Assembly: GCA_963739555.1 (NCBI GenBank)
Contig: CAVUAV010000006.1
Location: 222,760 to 286,759 of the forward strand
Direction: 5' to 3'
Length of the DNA stretch: 64,000 bases
Source: an uncultured Acidimicrobiales bacterium
Lineage (GTDB): Bacteria > Actinomycetota > Acidimicrobiia > Acidimicrobiales > DATKAS01
The position numbers and the translations under genes were made by a program. Below, in pieces: positions 39,914 through 49,707 of this stretch. Position 1 is the first letter of the stretch, and each line of letters opens with the position of its first letter. Below the pieces are notes generated by a model. That model was not told where the DNA came from, searched no databases, and saw only the letters and a program-made list of their open reading frames with translations.

Positions 39914-40317
39914 CGGTCCCGAGCGTGCTCTTCCTCTGCGTGCACAACGCCGGTCGGTCTCAGATGGCGGCGGCGTGGTTCGAACATCTGGCTGCCGGCA
40001 GGGCGGTCGCGTTGTCCGGTGGCTCGGAGCCCGGTTCAGAGGTGAACCCCCGCGCCGTCGAAGTGATGGCCGAGGTCGGGATCGACATCACGAACGCGAT
40101 CCCGAAGCGCTGGTCCGACGCCGACCTCGATGAGGCGGATGTCGTGGTGACGATGGGATGTGGCGATTCGTGCCCGTTCATCCCGGGCAAGCGCTACGAG
40201 GACTGGACCGTCGACGACCCTGCTGATCAGCCCCTTGAGCGGGTCAAAGAGATCCGTGACGACATCGAGCGACGGGTCGAGGCGTTGCTCGCAAGCCTCG
40301 GCGTCGCGCCGGGCTGA
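39910..40317 (+). CDS. arsC: arsenate reductase, LMW-PTP type
   Basis: LFLCVHNAGRSQMAAAW, the CX5R(S) loop. The ORF is intact. Confidence 0.9.
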   Translation: MTVPSVLFLCVHNAGRSQMAAAWFEHLAAGRAVALSGGSEPGSEVNPRAVEVMAEVGIDITNAIPKRWSDADLDEADVVVTMGCGDSCPFIPGKRYEDWTVDDPADQPLERVKEIRDDIERRVEALLASLGVAPG

Positions 40318-40335
40318 CCCATTACGGTCGGGCGG

Positions 40336-41074
40336 ATGTCACGCCCCCGATTGACATCCGTTCTCCTCGCCACGGCGATCGCCGTTGCCGCACTCGGTGG
40401 TGCTGCCGGGGTTGCCTGGGCGCAAGACACGACGGCGACCACGACGGCGACGACCGCTCCGACGACCGCGGCAACCACCGCCCCGACGACTGCGGCCGCG
40501 ACGACAAAAGCGCCGACGACGACGCAGGCGGCGACGACGGCGGCGCCTGCGACGACCGCAGCAGCCACCACCGCCGCGCCCGCCACGACCGCCGCCGCGG
40601 CGACGAGCCCGAACGACAGCGACAACTGGCTGCTGATCCTGATCGGGATCGTGATCGTCCTCGGCATCGTCGCGTTCTTCGTCGGGCGCTCGCGCTCGCT
40701 GAAGGCGAAGCAGGTGTGGAAGCAGCAAGCCACGGCGCTCCTCGACGAGCTGTCCGACGTCGGCATCAACCTCGCCGCGGCGCAGCCCTCGGCGATCCCG
40801 GTGATCGCGGCACGCACCGAGGGGCGGCTCGTGCAGCTGAACGCGCAGCTGTCGACGATCCACCAGCGCGGGCCATCAGCAGTCGAGCGCAACGCGCTCG
40901 GTGCCCGTGATCAACGCGTCGAGCACGCTCCACGCGACGCTCACCCAGATCACGCTGGCGCCTCCTGGCACGCAGGCGCCCGCCGCGGCGAACATCTCGA
41001 ACGACGCAGCGATGCTCGACAGCACCGCCCGCTCCGCGAAGCTCAGCTTGTTGGGGGTCGGCACCACCACATGA
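40336..41074 (+). CDS. secreted Thr/Ala-rich single-TM protein, apparent frameshift near 40868
   Basis: It has a signal peptide, a T/A low-complexity stalk and the TM segment WLLILIGIVIVLGIVAFFV. The high-GC3 continuation (...SSATRSVPVINASSTLHATLTQITLAPPG...) is in another frame and ends in an ATGA overlap. Confidence 0.55.
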
Positions 41075-41649
41075 CGAAGGTGTGGCGGGCGTGGGGCCCC
41101 GCAATGGTGTGTGCAGCGCTGGCGGTGTCGGTCGTCTCCGCGTGCGGTGGCGACTCGCCGGCTGCGGCGTCTGCGGATCCGCAAGACCTGCAGAAGAAGA
41201 TGCAGATCGTGCAGCAGCAATTCCAGGCCGAGCAGCAGGTGCTCGACAAGAACCAGGACTCGATCCTGAACATCGTGAGCGGTGGTGGGACCCAAGCGCC
41301 GGCGGACTTCTTCGACTTCCTCCGCGATCCGGGGATCCTGTTGACAGAGATCGGCGACGCTACCGAGGCGACTTCTCCCGACGACCTGCTCGTGGCCTGG
41401 CAGGCGCATGCCGATGCGTGGTGCGCGCTCGGATCCAGCGACTTCGACGACGCCTTCTTCAAGGTCTACGGCGGCGCGCATGTCTTGCCCGCGCTGGTGG
41501 TGTTCCTCGACTCGTCCTGCGGAAGCGAGGCTGCCGCGGCTCTCGTCGCCGCAGCGGACGCAGACGGACTCGGCGAGGGCATGGCATCGTCCGGCAACCC
41601 GGCTGCGGGCATCGATCTGGACGAGCTGCTCACGCGCCTCAGCGGCTAG
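41071..41649 (+). CDS. lipoprotein, unknown function
   Basis: MTKVWRAWGPAMVCAALAVSVVSACGGD. Confidence 0.6.
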   Translation: MTKVWRAWGPAMVCAALAVSVVSACGGDSPAAASADPQDLQKKMQIVQQQFQAEQQVLDKNQDSILNIVSGGGTQAPADFFDFLRDPGILLTEIGDATEATSPDDLLVAWQAHADAWCALGSSDFDDAFFKVYGGAHVLPALVVFLDSSCGSEAAAALVAAADADGLGEGMASSGNPAAGIDLDELLTRLSG

Positions 41650-41658
41650 GAAGAGGCG

Positions 41659-42162
41659 ATGGACGAGCTCAAGGTCGTGGCCCCCGCCTTCGTCGAGATG
41701 GCACATCGCATCGTGTGGTGCTCGGCCGCGACGATCGACCAGTCGGGACGCCCACGCAGCCGGGTGCTCCACCCGGTGTGGGAATGGGATGGCACCGCCT
41801 TGCGCGGAGTCATCGCGACGAGCCCGCTCTCTCCGAAGCGCGCTGATCTCGACGCCCATCCGTTCATCTCGCTCAACTACTGGGCGAACAGCCACGACAC
41901 GTGCCTCGCCGAGTGCGCCGCGGAGTGGAAGCTCGACGACGAGAGCCGAGCCGAGGGATGGGACCGCATCAGGAACGCGCCGGCGCCCGTCGGCTACGAC
42001 CCGAGCATCATCCCCGGCTGGGACTCGCCGACCGCGCTCGCGTTCGGCATCCTCGAAGTCGTGCCGTGGCGTCTGCGCGTGATGCCGGGGTCGTACATGG
42101 TGGCGCGCGAGGGCGTGCTGCTCACGTGGTCGCGCTCGGCAAGCCCCAGAACGAACCCGTGA
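41659..42162 (+). CDS. pyridoxamine 5'-phosphate oxidase-family (split-barrel) protein
   Basis: WCSAATIDQSGRPRSRVLHPVWEWDG...SPKRADLDAHPFISLNYW. Confidence 0.7.
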   Translation: MDELKVVAPAFVEMAHRIVWCSAATIDQSGRPRSRVLHPVWEWDGTALRGVIATSPLSPKRADLDAHPFISLNYWANSHDTCLAECAAEWKLDDESRAEGWDRIRNAPAPVGYDPSIIPGWDSPTALAFGILEVVPWRLRVMPGSYMVAREGVLLTWSRSASPRTNP

Positions 42163-42778
42163 GCCCGACGTCCACGAAGTAGGCCGCGGCGCTCGCCGGG
42201 TCGCGCCGCTGGTAGCCGGGGTCGAGTCGACCTGCGTACCACCCTCGGGCAAGGCGCCACAGCGTCGTGAGGTCCATGACGTAGCCCTTGTCGTGCTGCG
42301 TGCCAGTGAGCCACGCGTCGACGCAGTGCTCGTCGCAGAAGATCCGCTGGTGTCGGCACGTGTGCTCCACGTCGTCCCACATGTGTGAGACGGGCGTGAG
42401 GAAGTGCGCGACTTGAGATGCGCTCGGTGGCGCGTCGCGGCCGACCACCCACACGTGGGGGGCGGCACAAGCAGGGCACTGCGTCGACACGAGGACCTCG
42501 GGCTCGCGGTCGACGAGATGCGGCACCGCGAACGAGTCCCACGCGCAGCCTCCCCACCAGAGCGTCTCGCGGCCCATGACTGCGAAGCCGAGCGGGATGG
42601 AGGCGAACGGGTGGGCCATCACGATGCCGCCGTGCGCGTCGAGCACGACATGGCGCGCCTCGGCGAGGCGATGGATGGCACCTCTCGTAGCGTCGTCGTC
42701 CGGCAGCTCTGGCACGCGGCCGGTGTCGGCGAACGACCGGTAGATCGTGAGCCTGAGCTCCTCGTCGTCGACGGTCAC
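42122..42778 (-). CDS. alkylmercury-lyase (MerB)-like protein
   Basis: The N-terminus is HTH-like. GGCAWDSF matches the C-x-x-D catalytic pattern of MerB. Additional Cys are present (QCPAC, TCRHQRIFCDEHC). Confidence 0.6.
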   Translation of the reverse strand: MTVDDEELRLTIYRSFADTGRVPELPDDDATRGAIHRLAEARHVVLDAHGGIVMAHPFASIPLGFAVMGRETLWWGGCAWDSFAVPHLVDREPEVLVSTQCPACAAPHVWVVGRDAPPSASQVAHFLTPVSHMWDDVEHTCRHQRIFCDEHCVDAWLTGTQHDKGYVMDLTTLWRLARGWYAGRLDPGYQRRDPASAAAYFVDVGLTGSFWGLPSATT

Positions 42779-42819
42779 CTCGACTTCATAGCCGCAGCGT
42801 TGGGTGGGTACGGAAGGGC

Positions 42820-43188
42820 ATGGCCACCGTTCCCGACCATGACCTTCTCGACCTCGAACGTCAGGGGTGGACAGCGCTGACGAAGGGCGGAGATGCCGTC
42901 GCAGACTTCTACGGCCATGTGCTCGCGGAGCGAGTGCTCATGCTTCTGCCCGGCGGGATGGTGCTGAGCGATCGCGGTGCGGCGCTCGACGCGCTTCGGC
43001 TCACGAGCTGGAGTGGCTTCGAGCTGCGACCCGGCCTCGTGCAGTGGCTCGGGCCCGATGCTGCAGTCGTCGCGTACGAAGCGCGTGCCCGTCGTGGCGA
43101 CGACGAGTACCACGCGCTCTTCAGCAGCACCTACACACGGCAGAACGGCAAGTGGAAGCTGGCCGTGCACCAGCAGACGCCGTTCTGA
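42820..43188 (+). CDS. NTF2-like (DUF4440/SnoaL-type) protein
   Basis: 122 aa, ending ...YTRQNGKWKLAVHQQTPF. Confidence 0.65.
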   Translation: MATVPDHDLLDLERQGWTALTKGGDAVADFYGHVLAERVLMLLPGGMVLSDRGAALDALRLTSWSGFELRPGLVQWLGPDAAVVAYEARARRGDDEYHALFSSTYTRQNGKWKLAVHQQTPF

Positions 43189-43189
43189 G

Positions 43190-43585
43190 TCAGCCCTTGG
43201 CCGCGGCGTTCAACTTGGCTGCGTCGCGCACGAGCGCCTTGAACGCGGTCGCGTTGACCTTGTCGCCTTCGAACCAATCGATCGCGCGCCGGATGTTGCC
43301 ATCGAGGCTCGAGTTGAAGAGCTTCTTCGGGTCGGCGAGCTTCGCGCCCTTCGCGAACGTCACCTTGACTTTGTCCTTGTAGGTCTCGCCGGTGCAGATG
43401 ATGCTGCCGCTCGAGTACCACGTCGGGACGCCTCGCCACTTCCACTCTTCGGTGACGTCTGGGACCACCTCTTTGATCAGTGCCCGGACCTTCGCGAGCG
43501 TGTCGCCGCGCCAGTCTCCGAGCTCCTTGATCCTCCCGTCGATCAGCTGCGACGGTGACTTGGCGTCAGTCTTCTTCGCCGGCAT
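43190..43585 (-). CDS. DUF1801 (YdhG-like) protein, second copy in the window
   Basis: The start is at MPAKKTD. The sequence reads IDGRIKELGDWRGDTLAKVRALIKEVVPDVTEEWKWRGVPTW. Confidence 0.7.
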   Translation of the reverse strand: MPAKKTDAKSPSQLIDGRIKELGDWRGDTLAKVRALIKEVVPDVTEEWKWRGVPTWYSSGSIICTGETYKDKVKVTFAKGAKLADPKKLFNSSLDGNIRRAIDWFEGDKVNATAFKALVRDAAKLNAAAKG

Positions 43586-43661
43586 CGACGCAGAGTACGT
43601 CAGTGACAGCGGCTGTTGAGCTGCTTGTACGGTCCCTCGACCGGCAAGAGGGAGACGCGAC

Positions 43662-44378
43662 GTGCAGCTCAGCACCAAGACCGTGGGATCCGGCACGCGC
43701 TCGGCCGCACTCGTGCACGGCGCGTCGGCGTCGGGCGAGATCTGGAAGGACTTCGCCGCGATCCTCGTCGAGTCGTACGACTTCACGGTGACGCTCGTCG
43801 ATCTCCGTGGGCACGGCGACAGCCCGCGCGGCGACCGCTATCGAGTCAGCGACTTCGTAGGTGACCTCGTCGACACGCTCCCGACGGACCTCGACCTCCT
43901 CGTCGGCCAATCGCTCGGTGGCCGCGCCGGCATGCTCGCCACTCCGCAGCTGCTCCCCAAACGGTTCATCGGCCTCGACCCTGCGCTCTTCGCGTCGACC
44001 CCCGTGCGGCTGGCCCTGCGCTACTTGTCTCCCGTCATGCCTCATATGCCCGCCCGAGTGCTGCGGGTGCTGGGTGTCCCGCCGAAAGGATCGGCGCCAG
44101 GCGCACTGGAGTGCCGCCGATCGGCGTGGGACGCCTGGGACCGATCGATGATGGGGGACCTCGCCGGGAGCGTGAAGACCGAGCCCTTCCATCTCGTCGC
44201 CCCGGCTGTGCCGTCGACGTTGCTGCTCGCGGACAAGAGCCTCTTCGTTTCGCCTGCCGTGGCTGAGGAGCTTCGGTCGCTCGGATGGGATGTCCGGGTG
44301 AAGCCAGGATCGACCCACGACCTCCACCTCGAGGATCCGGCCGGTGTGATCAAGATGCTCGACGACGTTTTGCGGTGA
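43662..44378 (+). CDS. alpha/beta hydrolase
   Basis: LVHGASASG and GQSLGG. Confidence 0.75.
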   Translation: MQLSTKTVGSGTRSAALVHGASASGEIWKDFAAILVESYDFTVTLVDLRGHGDSPRGDRYRVSDFVGDLVDTLPTDLDLLVGQSLGGRAGMLATPQLLPKRFIGLDPALFASTPVRLALRYLSPVMPHMPARVLRVLGVPPKGSAPGALECRRSAWDAWDRSMMGDLAGSVKTEPFHLVAPAVPSTLLLADKSLFVSPAVAEELRSLGWDVRVKPGSTHDLHLEDPAGVIKMLDDVLR

Positions 44379-44444
44379 ACGAGACCGTTCTCGACCTCGG
44401 GCAGATAGAACGGCCGCGTCGCTCGAGCGAAGGAAGGTGACCGG

Positions 44445-45219
44445 ATGACGGCTCGCACCTCGCAGGAACGCTTGGATGGCACCGTCGCGCTCGGTGACGG
44501 GCGCGTCGAGCGGCATCGGTGCGGCCTCCGCAACAGCCCTGGCCGCTGAAGGCGCGGCGGTCGCGCTCGCTGCGCGTCGAAGAGATCGGCTCGACGCAGT
44601 TGCGGCCGACATCCGTGACGCAGGCGGCACCGCGTTGGTGCTCGAGTGCGATGTCACCGACGAAGCGCAGGCCGCGGACGCCGTCGCGCGCACTGTGGCG
44701 GAGCTCGGCCGGCTCGACACGTTGATCAACAACGCCGGCGTCATGCTCCTCGGCCCTGTGGTCGGCGCTCCGATCTCGGAGTGGCAGCAGATGGTGGAGC
44801 TGAACATCCTGGGCCTGCTCTACAGCGCCCACGCTGCGCTTCCGCATCTGCTGCAGGCGGCAGAGCAAGGCCCTCGACGCGTGGCCGACATCGTCAACAT
44901 CAGCTCGGTGGCGGGCCGCCACGCCCGCAACGGCAACGGCGTGTACAGCTTGACCAAGCATGGCGTCGGTGCGTTCAGCGAGTCGTTGCGCCAAGAGGTG
45001 ACGAAGCGCTACGTGCGCGTCTCGCTGGTCGAGCCGGGCGCCACCGCGACGGAGCTTGCGAGCCACAACCGTCCGGAGATCCTCGCGGGCATCGGCGCCC
45101 AGATCGCCCAGACCATGGACGCCGATGACATCGCGGACACGATCACGTTCATCGTCACGAGGCCGCGACACGTCACGATCAACGAGGTCCTCATCCGCCC
45201 GACGGAGCAGGAGCGCTAG
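44445..45219 (+). CDS. short-chain dehydrogenase/reductase, apparent 1-nt insertion near 44493
   Basis: The ATG follows AGGAAGG. MTARTSQERLDGTVAL joins to VTGASSGIG. The active-site motifs are NNAG and YSLTK. Confidence 0.85.
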
Positions 45220-45267
45220 CAAGTCGCTTCCATCGATGGTCCTCGGTGTCGCCATAGGGTCTGACTC

Positions 45268-46065
45268 GTGACAGCCGTGATCACCGAAACCAACGACTCC
45301 GGAAACCCAGCACTCGGCTCGAAGGCCGCGGTGGCGCTGTTCGCGGAGACGTCGCCGCGCTCGATGACCGTCTTCGGGACGGCGATCAAGACGCTGTTCC
45401 TGCTCCTCGTGCTGGTGGCTGGCGGAGCGTGGGGCTGGGCATCGGCGACCCAGCCCGTCGCCGTCGATCTCGGCACCGGTTACGCCAACACGACCGTGAC
45501 GATCCCCGGCGGTTTCTGGCTGGCCAGCTTCGGCGCCTTCCTGGTCGCGATCTTCGTGGCGGTGAACCCTCGCCGCGCCGCGTTGCTCGGCGCCGTGTAC
45601 GCGATCCTCGAGGGCTTCTGCCTCGGTGCGATCTCCGCGATGTTCGACGCGCAGACCGACGGCATCGTCGCCGCAGCGGTTCTGAGCACGGTGGCTGTGT
45701 TCCTGGCTGCGCTGATCTTGTACGTCACCCGCATCGTCAGGCCGACGCAGAAGCTCGCGTTCGCGGTGATCGTCGGGATCGGTGGCCTCTCGCTCTTGTA
45801 CCTGTTCGTGTGGGTGCTGGCGATCTTCGACTGGGGCTTCCTCTACTCAGCGCAGTTCCGCAGCATCGGGATCGTCGTGACGGTGATCGCCGTGATCCTC
45901 GCGGCGCTCTCGTTGACGCTCGACTTCGCGTTCATCGAGGGATGCGTCGATCGTGGCGCGCCGAAGTTCATGGAGTGGTACGCCGGCTACGGCCTGATGG
46001 TCACGCTCATCTGGCTCTACATCACGCTGCTGCGGCTGCTCGCACTCCTCGCCCGCAACCGATAG
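45268..46065 (+). CDS. Bax-inhibitor-1/YccA-family membrane protein
   Basis: 265 aa with 7 TM-like segments. The ORF is intact. Confidence 0.75.
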   Translation: MTAVITETNDSGNPALGSKAAVALFAETSPRSMTVFGTAIKTLFLLLVLVAGGAWGWASATQPVAVDLGTGYANTTVTIPGGFWLASFGAFLVAIFVAVNPRRAALLGAVYAILEGFCLGAISAMFDAQTDGIVAAAVLSTVAVFLAALILYVTRIVRPTQKLAFAVIVGIGGLSLLYLFVWVLAIFDWGFLYSAQFRSIGIVVTVIAVILAALSLTLDFAFIEGCVDRGAPKFMEWYAGYGLMVTLIWLYITLLRLLALLARNR

Positions 46066-46091
46066 GCGGACGAGGGGCTCATACTTGCGAG

Positions 46092-46641
46092 ATGCGGCCC
46101 CTTCGGTACTCCATCAACGTCACGTTGGACGGGTGCTGCGACCATCGGGCAATCCCCGCGGACGAAGACTTGCATCGTCACGCGGCCGAGAGCATCAGCC
46201 AGGCCGATGCCCTTCTCTTCGGCCGGGTGACGTACGAGATGATGGAGTCAGCGTGGCGGCCAGGCGGCGACTGGAGCCAGACCTGAGTGGATGGAACCCT
46301 TCGCCCAGACGATCAACGTGGCAAAGAAGTACGTCGTGTCGAGCACCCTGGAGCAAGTCGATTGGAACGTGGAGCTCGTCCGCGGAGATCTGGGCGAGGC
46401 GGTTCGGCAGCTCAAGCAGGAGTCGGGCGACGGACTGTTCGTGGGAGGGGTGACGCTCCCACTCGCGTTGACGGAGCTGGGCTTGATCGATGACTACGAG
46501 TTCGTGGTGCATCCCAGGCTCGCGGGCCACGGCCCGACGCTGTTCGCGGGGCTGTCGAAGCATGTCGACTTGAAGCTCGTGAGCCGGCTCGAGTTCGGCT
46601 CGGGGGCAGCGGCGATGCGGTACGAGCCGAGTGCGCATTGA
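46092..46641 (+). CDS. RibD-C/dihydrofolate-reductase-like protein, apparent frameshift near 46265-46285
   Basis: MRPLRYSINVTLDGCCDH...FGRVTYEMMESAW joins to PEWMEPFAQTINVAKKYVVSSTL. Confidence 0.75.
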
Positions 46642-46642
46642 C

Positions 46643-46691
46643 GTCGTAGGAAGGCGGGATTTCGAACACGTGGCCTCAGCGTCCCGAACGC
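46643..46691 (-). repeat. degenerate copy of the 3' half of tRNA-Pro (old att remnant)
   Basis: gtcgtaggaaggcgggatttcgaacacgtggcctcagcgtcccgaacgc matches the tRNA 3' half at 51173-51219 apart from a few mismatches and one indel. It begins 2 nt after the stop of the RibD-C-like gene. Confidence 0.7.
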
Positions 46692-46913
46692 GACCGAAAC
46701 GGATACCTACGAACACACGCGGGGGATCCACGCTCGTCGGACGGGTGAACGGCTGCGGGCAGGGACCTCCGGCCCTGGTCGCTCGGCTGTGAGACGTCCA
46801 TCATCGGGCCAAGGGCGACTCTGCCTTTGTACGTCAACGCATGGCCAGGAGCGATGTGAATCTCGAGCGCTTCTCGGGCCGATGTGCTCGACGAGATCGC
46901 CGAGGCTGACGAG

Positions 46914-47586
46914 GTGTGCTTCTCGGCCGAAGCGGATGTCGTCGCCGGTCTCGTGGTGGGCGCAATCGGCATCGACGCGCTTGCGCCACGTCCGTCGACG
47001 AGCCGAGCTTCCCCTGGCAGCAATACCGGTGGTGCTTGCCGCTCATCAGCTGATCGAGGCGGTGATCTGGTGGGGCCTCGACGACCAGGTGCCGAGCGCC
47101 GTCTGGCGCACTGCGCTTTGGGTGTATCTCGCGATCGCCTTCGGAGTCCTGCCCGTCCTCGTTCCCGTGGCAGTGGGTGCCCTCGAGCCGCTCGCCAATC
47201 GGCGTCGTGTTGCTGTCTTCACGGCGATCGGCGTGACAGTGGCAGTCGTGTTGATGTACGCAGTCATTCGTGGCCCGATCACCGCGACCATCGAAGGGCA
47301 CCACATCGCATACAGCGTCGATCTTTGGCACGGTGGCTTGATCGTGTTCCTCTACGCCGTTGCGACCTGCGGCTCGATGCTCGTGTCGAAGCACCAGCAC
47401 GTGCGGTGGTTCGGCATGATCAACTTCGTCGCCGTTGGCTTCCTCGCCGCGTTGAACAAGAGCGGCTTGATCTCCCTCTGGTGTGCGTGGGCCGCGGTCA
47501 CCAGCGTCGCCATCGCAGTGCATCTTCGCCGCGGCCACCGGACACCGAGCCAGCTCCCGGCGGTCCCTGATGGCGTGTCCAGCTGA
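46914..47586 (+). CDS. multi-TM membrane protein (DUF6629-like by recollection), apparent 1-nt insertion near 46978
   Basis: A GTG start gives MCFSAEADVVAGLVVGAIGIDAL, which joins to RHVRRRAELPLAAIPVVLAAHQLIEAVIWW. Confidence 0.55.
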
Positions 47587-47598
47587 CGATTCGGCCGC

Positions 47599-47643
47599 TG
47601 GTCGGGAAGGCGGGATTTGAACCCGCGGCCTCAGCGTCCCGAA
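47599..47643 (-). repeat. exact 45-nt duplicate of the tRNA-Pro 3' half (att site)
   Basis: tggtcgggaaggcgggatttgaacccgcggcctcagcgtcccgaa is identical to 51171-51215. Confidence 0.9.
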
Positions 47644-47760
47644 TGCGAACGAGCCGGTTGCATACGAACGTAGGCGAACGATGCCAGCAGGTCAGAACGG
47701 GTCAGCGACCGACGATGAACGCGAGCGATCCCCGGCGGATGCGTCATGAATGTGCCATCG

Positions 47761-48198
47761 TCACGAAGGACCGGAGTCGGAGACCCTGCGCAGCAGCTCC
47801 TCTGGATCCAGCACGGCGACCGAGAATCGGCCACACGCCTTCGTCAGCCCCTTGTCTCCAGTCACGACCGGGATGCCCTCGCGTCGAGCGGTGAGGAGGA
47901 CAAGGGCGTCTCTCGGGCCGATGGTGGGTGCGAGAGCGTCAAAGATCGTGACCTCCTCGTTGGTCGCGAAGTTGGCCATACCGAGGCGAGACACGCCGAT
48001 GACGAATCCCGCCGTGGTTGTCCACCTCAGCGCAAGACGCAGAAATCGCTCTCGCTTCGCAGCCGGAGCGTTGAGGACCTCGTCGTATTGCGCGTGGGTC
48101 ACAACAAGCGCCAAGGCGTCGCGCTGTACGGCCGCCTCGACCTTTGAGAGCACGTCGTCGTCGAGAGCGAGAGCGTCGAAGCCATTCGAGTCAAGCAT
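47761..48198 (-). CDS. PIN-like (VapC-like) nuclease domain protein
   Basis: The start is at MLDSNGFDAL. The C-terminal RDALVLLTARREGIPVVTGDKG resembles the PIN D..T.D segment. GC3 is lower than in the core genes. Confidence 0.45.
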   Translation of the reverse strand: MLDSNGFDALALDDDVLSKVEAAVQRDALALVVTHAQYDEVLNAPAAKRERFLRLALRWTTTAGFVIGVSRLGMANFATNEEVTIFDALAPTIGPRDALVLLTARREGIPVVTGDKGLTKACGRFSVAVLDPEELLRRVSDSGPS

Positions 48199-48284
48199 GA
48201 CGCTCAGCACTCGGGCGACGGTAGGCGGACCGAACGGCCCGAGTCTCACGTTGCTGAACGCCGGAGACGTCCCTCGACGTTTCG

Positions 48285-48450
48285 GGCGGGAACGGTGGGG
48301 CTCGCCGGGCGACGGCACGTCCCGCGCCGGCGAGCGTTGGATGCGGTGGAGGGCAGACCCGCATGGGTCACAGCGACGTGAGGCGCACGCTGGCCGTATA
48401 CGCGCAAGCGACCGACGATCGCGACCGAGCTGCCGCGGACGCGCGGCGCG
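48285..48450 (+). pseudogene. tyrosine-recombinase C-terminal remnant
   Basis: MGHSDVRRTLAVYAQATDDRDRAAADA matches the LGHS....T...Y motif that holds the catalytic Tyr. Nothing like the rest of an integrase lies upstream. Confidence 0.45.
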
Positions 48451-48613
48451 TTCTACGGGCCACGGTCGATCGCTGTCAGCTGATCCTCTGTCGCGCTGAG
48501 GACCCACGAATCCCGAGATCCATTCGGAGAGACACCCGCGGCGTCAGGTCTGCTGGTGTAGGAGACCGCGAGCATTCGCCAACGGCTCCGTGAACCAGGC
48601 CGCCTTCCGTGGG

Positions 48614-49037
48614 TCATCTCGCACCGAGCGCGTTGTGGAATTTGCCGAAGCCGTCGATGACTCTCTCGGCGAGGTCTCGAAGGTCCCAAGCAGCGTTGAG
48701 GCGTACTCGCTGAATCGAGACATGCATAAGGCGCTTGTTGATGTCAGCTCGCTCATCGTCGGTGAGGATTGGCGTCGGTACCCACGACTTCAGGTAGTCG
48801 AGAGCAAACACGTCATCCATGAAACGCTCGGAGCGACCCAGGAAGTCGTCAAGGTTCCCGCGCGTGGAGTAGTGCCGACTCCAAGAGGGCGTACGCCAAC
48901 CACTCGACGGTTGCGGTCCAGGAACCGGTGACTGCAACCATCTTCAGTTCGTAGCCCACTGCCTCTACTAGCTCTCGGAGTTGCGCATCCGTGGGCCCGA
49001 CTGGTGTGGGCACGGTGGAGGTCATGTCCGTCATCAT
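48614..49037 (-). CDS. hypothetical protein, apparent frameshift near 48850
   Basis: Two overlapping ORFs join as ...ALLESALLHARNLDDFLGRSERF. Confidence 0.4.
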
Positions 49038-49173
49038 CGTGCGGGCGTCGCTGTCGGCTCTCGCATATCAGCGGTGTTCTTGTACGGAACGTCGTCCAAC
49101 TTCGGCCGGGGAGTCGGCACTCGAAAGTCGGATCGCTGTACCGGTTTGCGCACGCCCGTGCGTGTAGTGAGAT

Positions 49174-49707
49174 GTGGACCTGCGTGGGGTCGGGGCTGAC
49201 GAGCTGGAAGCATTGCCTCTGGTAGCCGTCGCGCGTTCGTTCGATGCCGAGTACGCCGAGAGGTACGCGCCGCTGGTGCGGCTGCTGTGGTCGCTGACCG
49301 GCAGTTGGGCCGTCGCTGAGGAGATCGCGCAGGAGGCGTTTGTCGCCGCGTACCGAAGCTGGGCAACGGTGTCGGTGCTTGACCGTTCGGATCTGTGGAT
49401 CAGGCGGGCCGCGATCAACCGGGCGGTCTCGGTACACCGCAAGCTCGTGAGTGAGGCCGCCGCGCTCACAAGAGTGCGGGCGCCGTACGCAGTGGAACCC
49501 AGATTCTCGGGGGAGGACGAGCAGCTCTGGAGGGCAGTGCGAAGACTTCCTCGCCGCCAGGCCGCTGCGGTCGTTCTGTCCACGGTAGAGGGACTCACGG
49601 CAGAGGAGATCGGCTCGGTCCTGGGCTGCTCGGGCGAGACGGCGCGTACACACATCAGACGCGGACTCGCGAAGCTACGCGACCGTTTCCGGGAGGGTGA
49701 CGAATGA
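49174..49707 (+). CDS. ECF-type sigma-70 factor
   Basis: Region 2 is AEEIAQEAFVAAYRSW. Region 4 is LPRRQAAAVVLSTVEGLTAEEIGSVLGCSGETARTHIRRGLAKLR. Confidence 0.8.
   Translation: MDLRGVGADELEALPLVAVARSFDAEYAERYAPLVRLLWSLTGSWAVAEEIAQEAFVAAYRSWATVSVLDRSDLWIRRAAINRAVSVHRKLVSEAAALTRVRAPYAVEPRFSGEDEQLWRAVRRLPRRQAAAVVLSTVEGLTAEEIGSVLGCSGETARTHIRRGLAKLRDRFREGDE

Noticed and set aside
40430-40610. Repetitive acg/gcg/acc DNA looked like a tandem repeat array.
   Set aside because: It is the in-frame Thr/Ala-rich low-complexity stalk of a secreted protein. There is no unit repeat or spacer structure.
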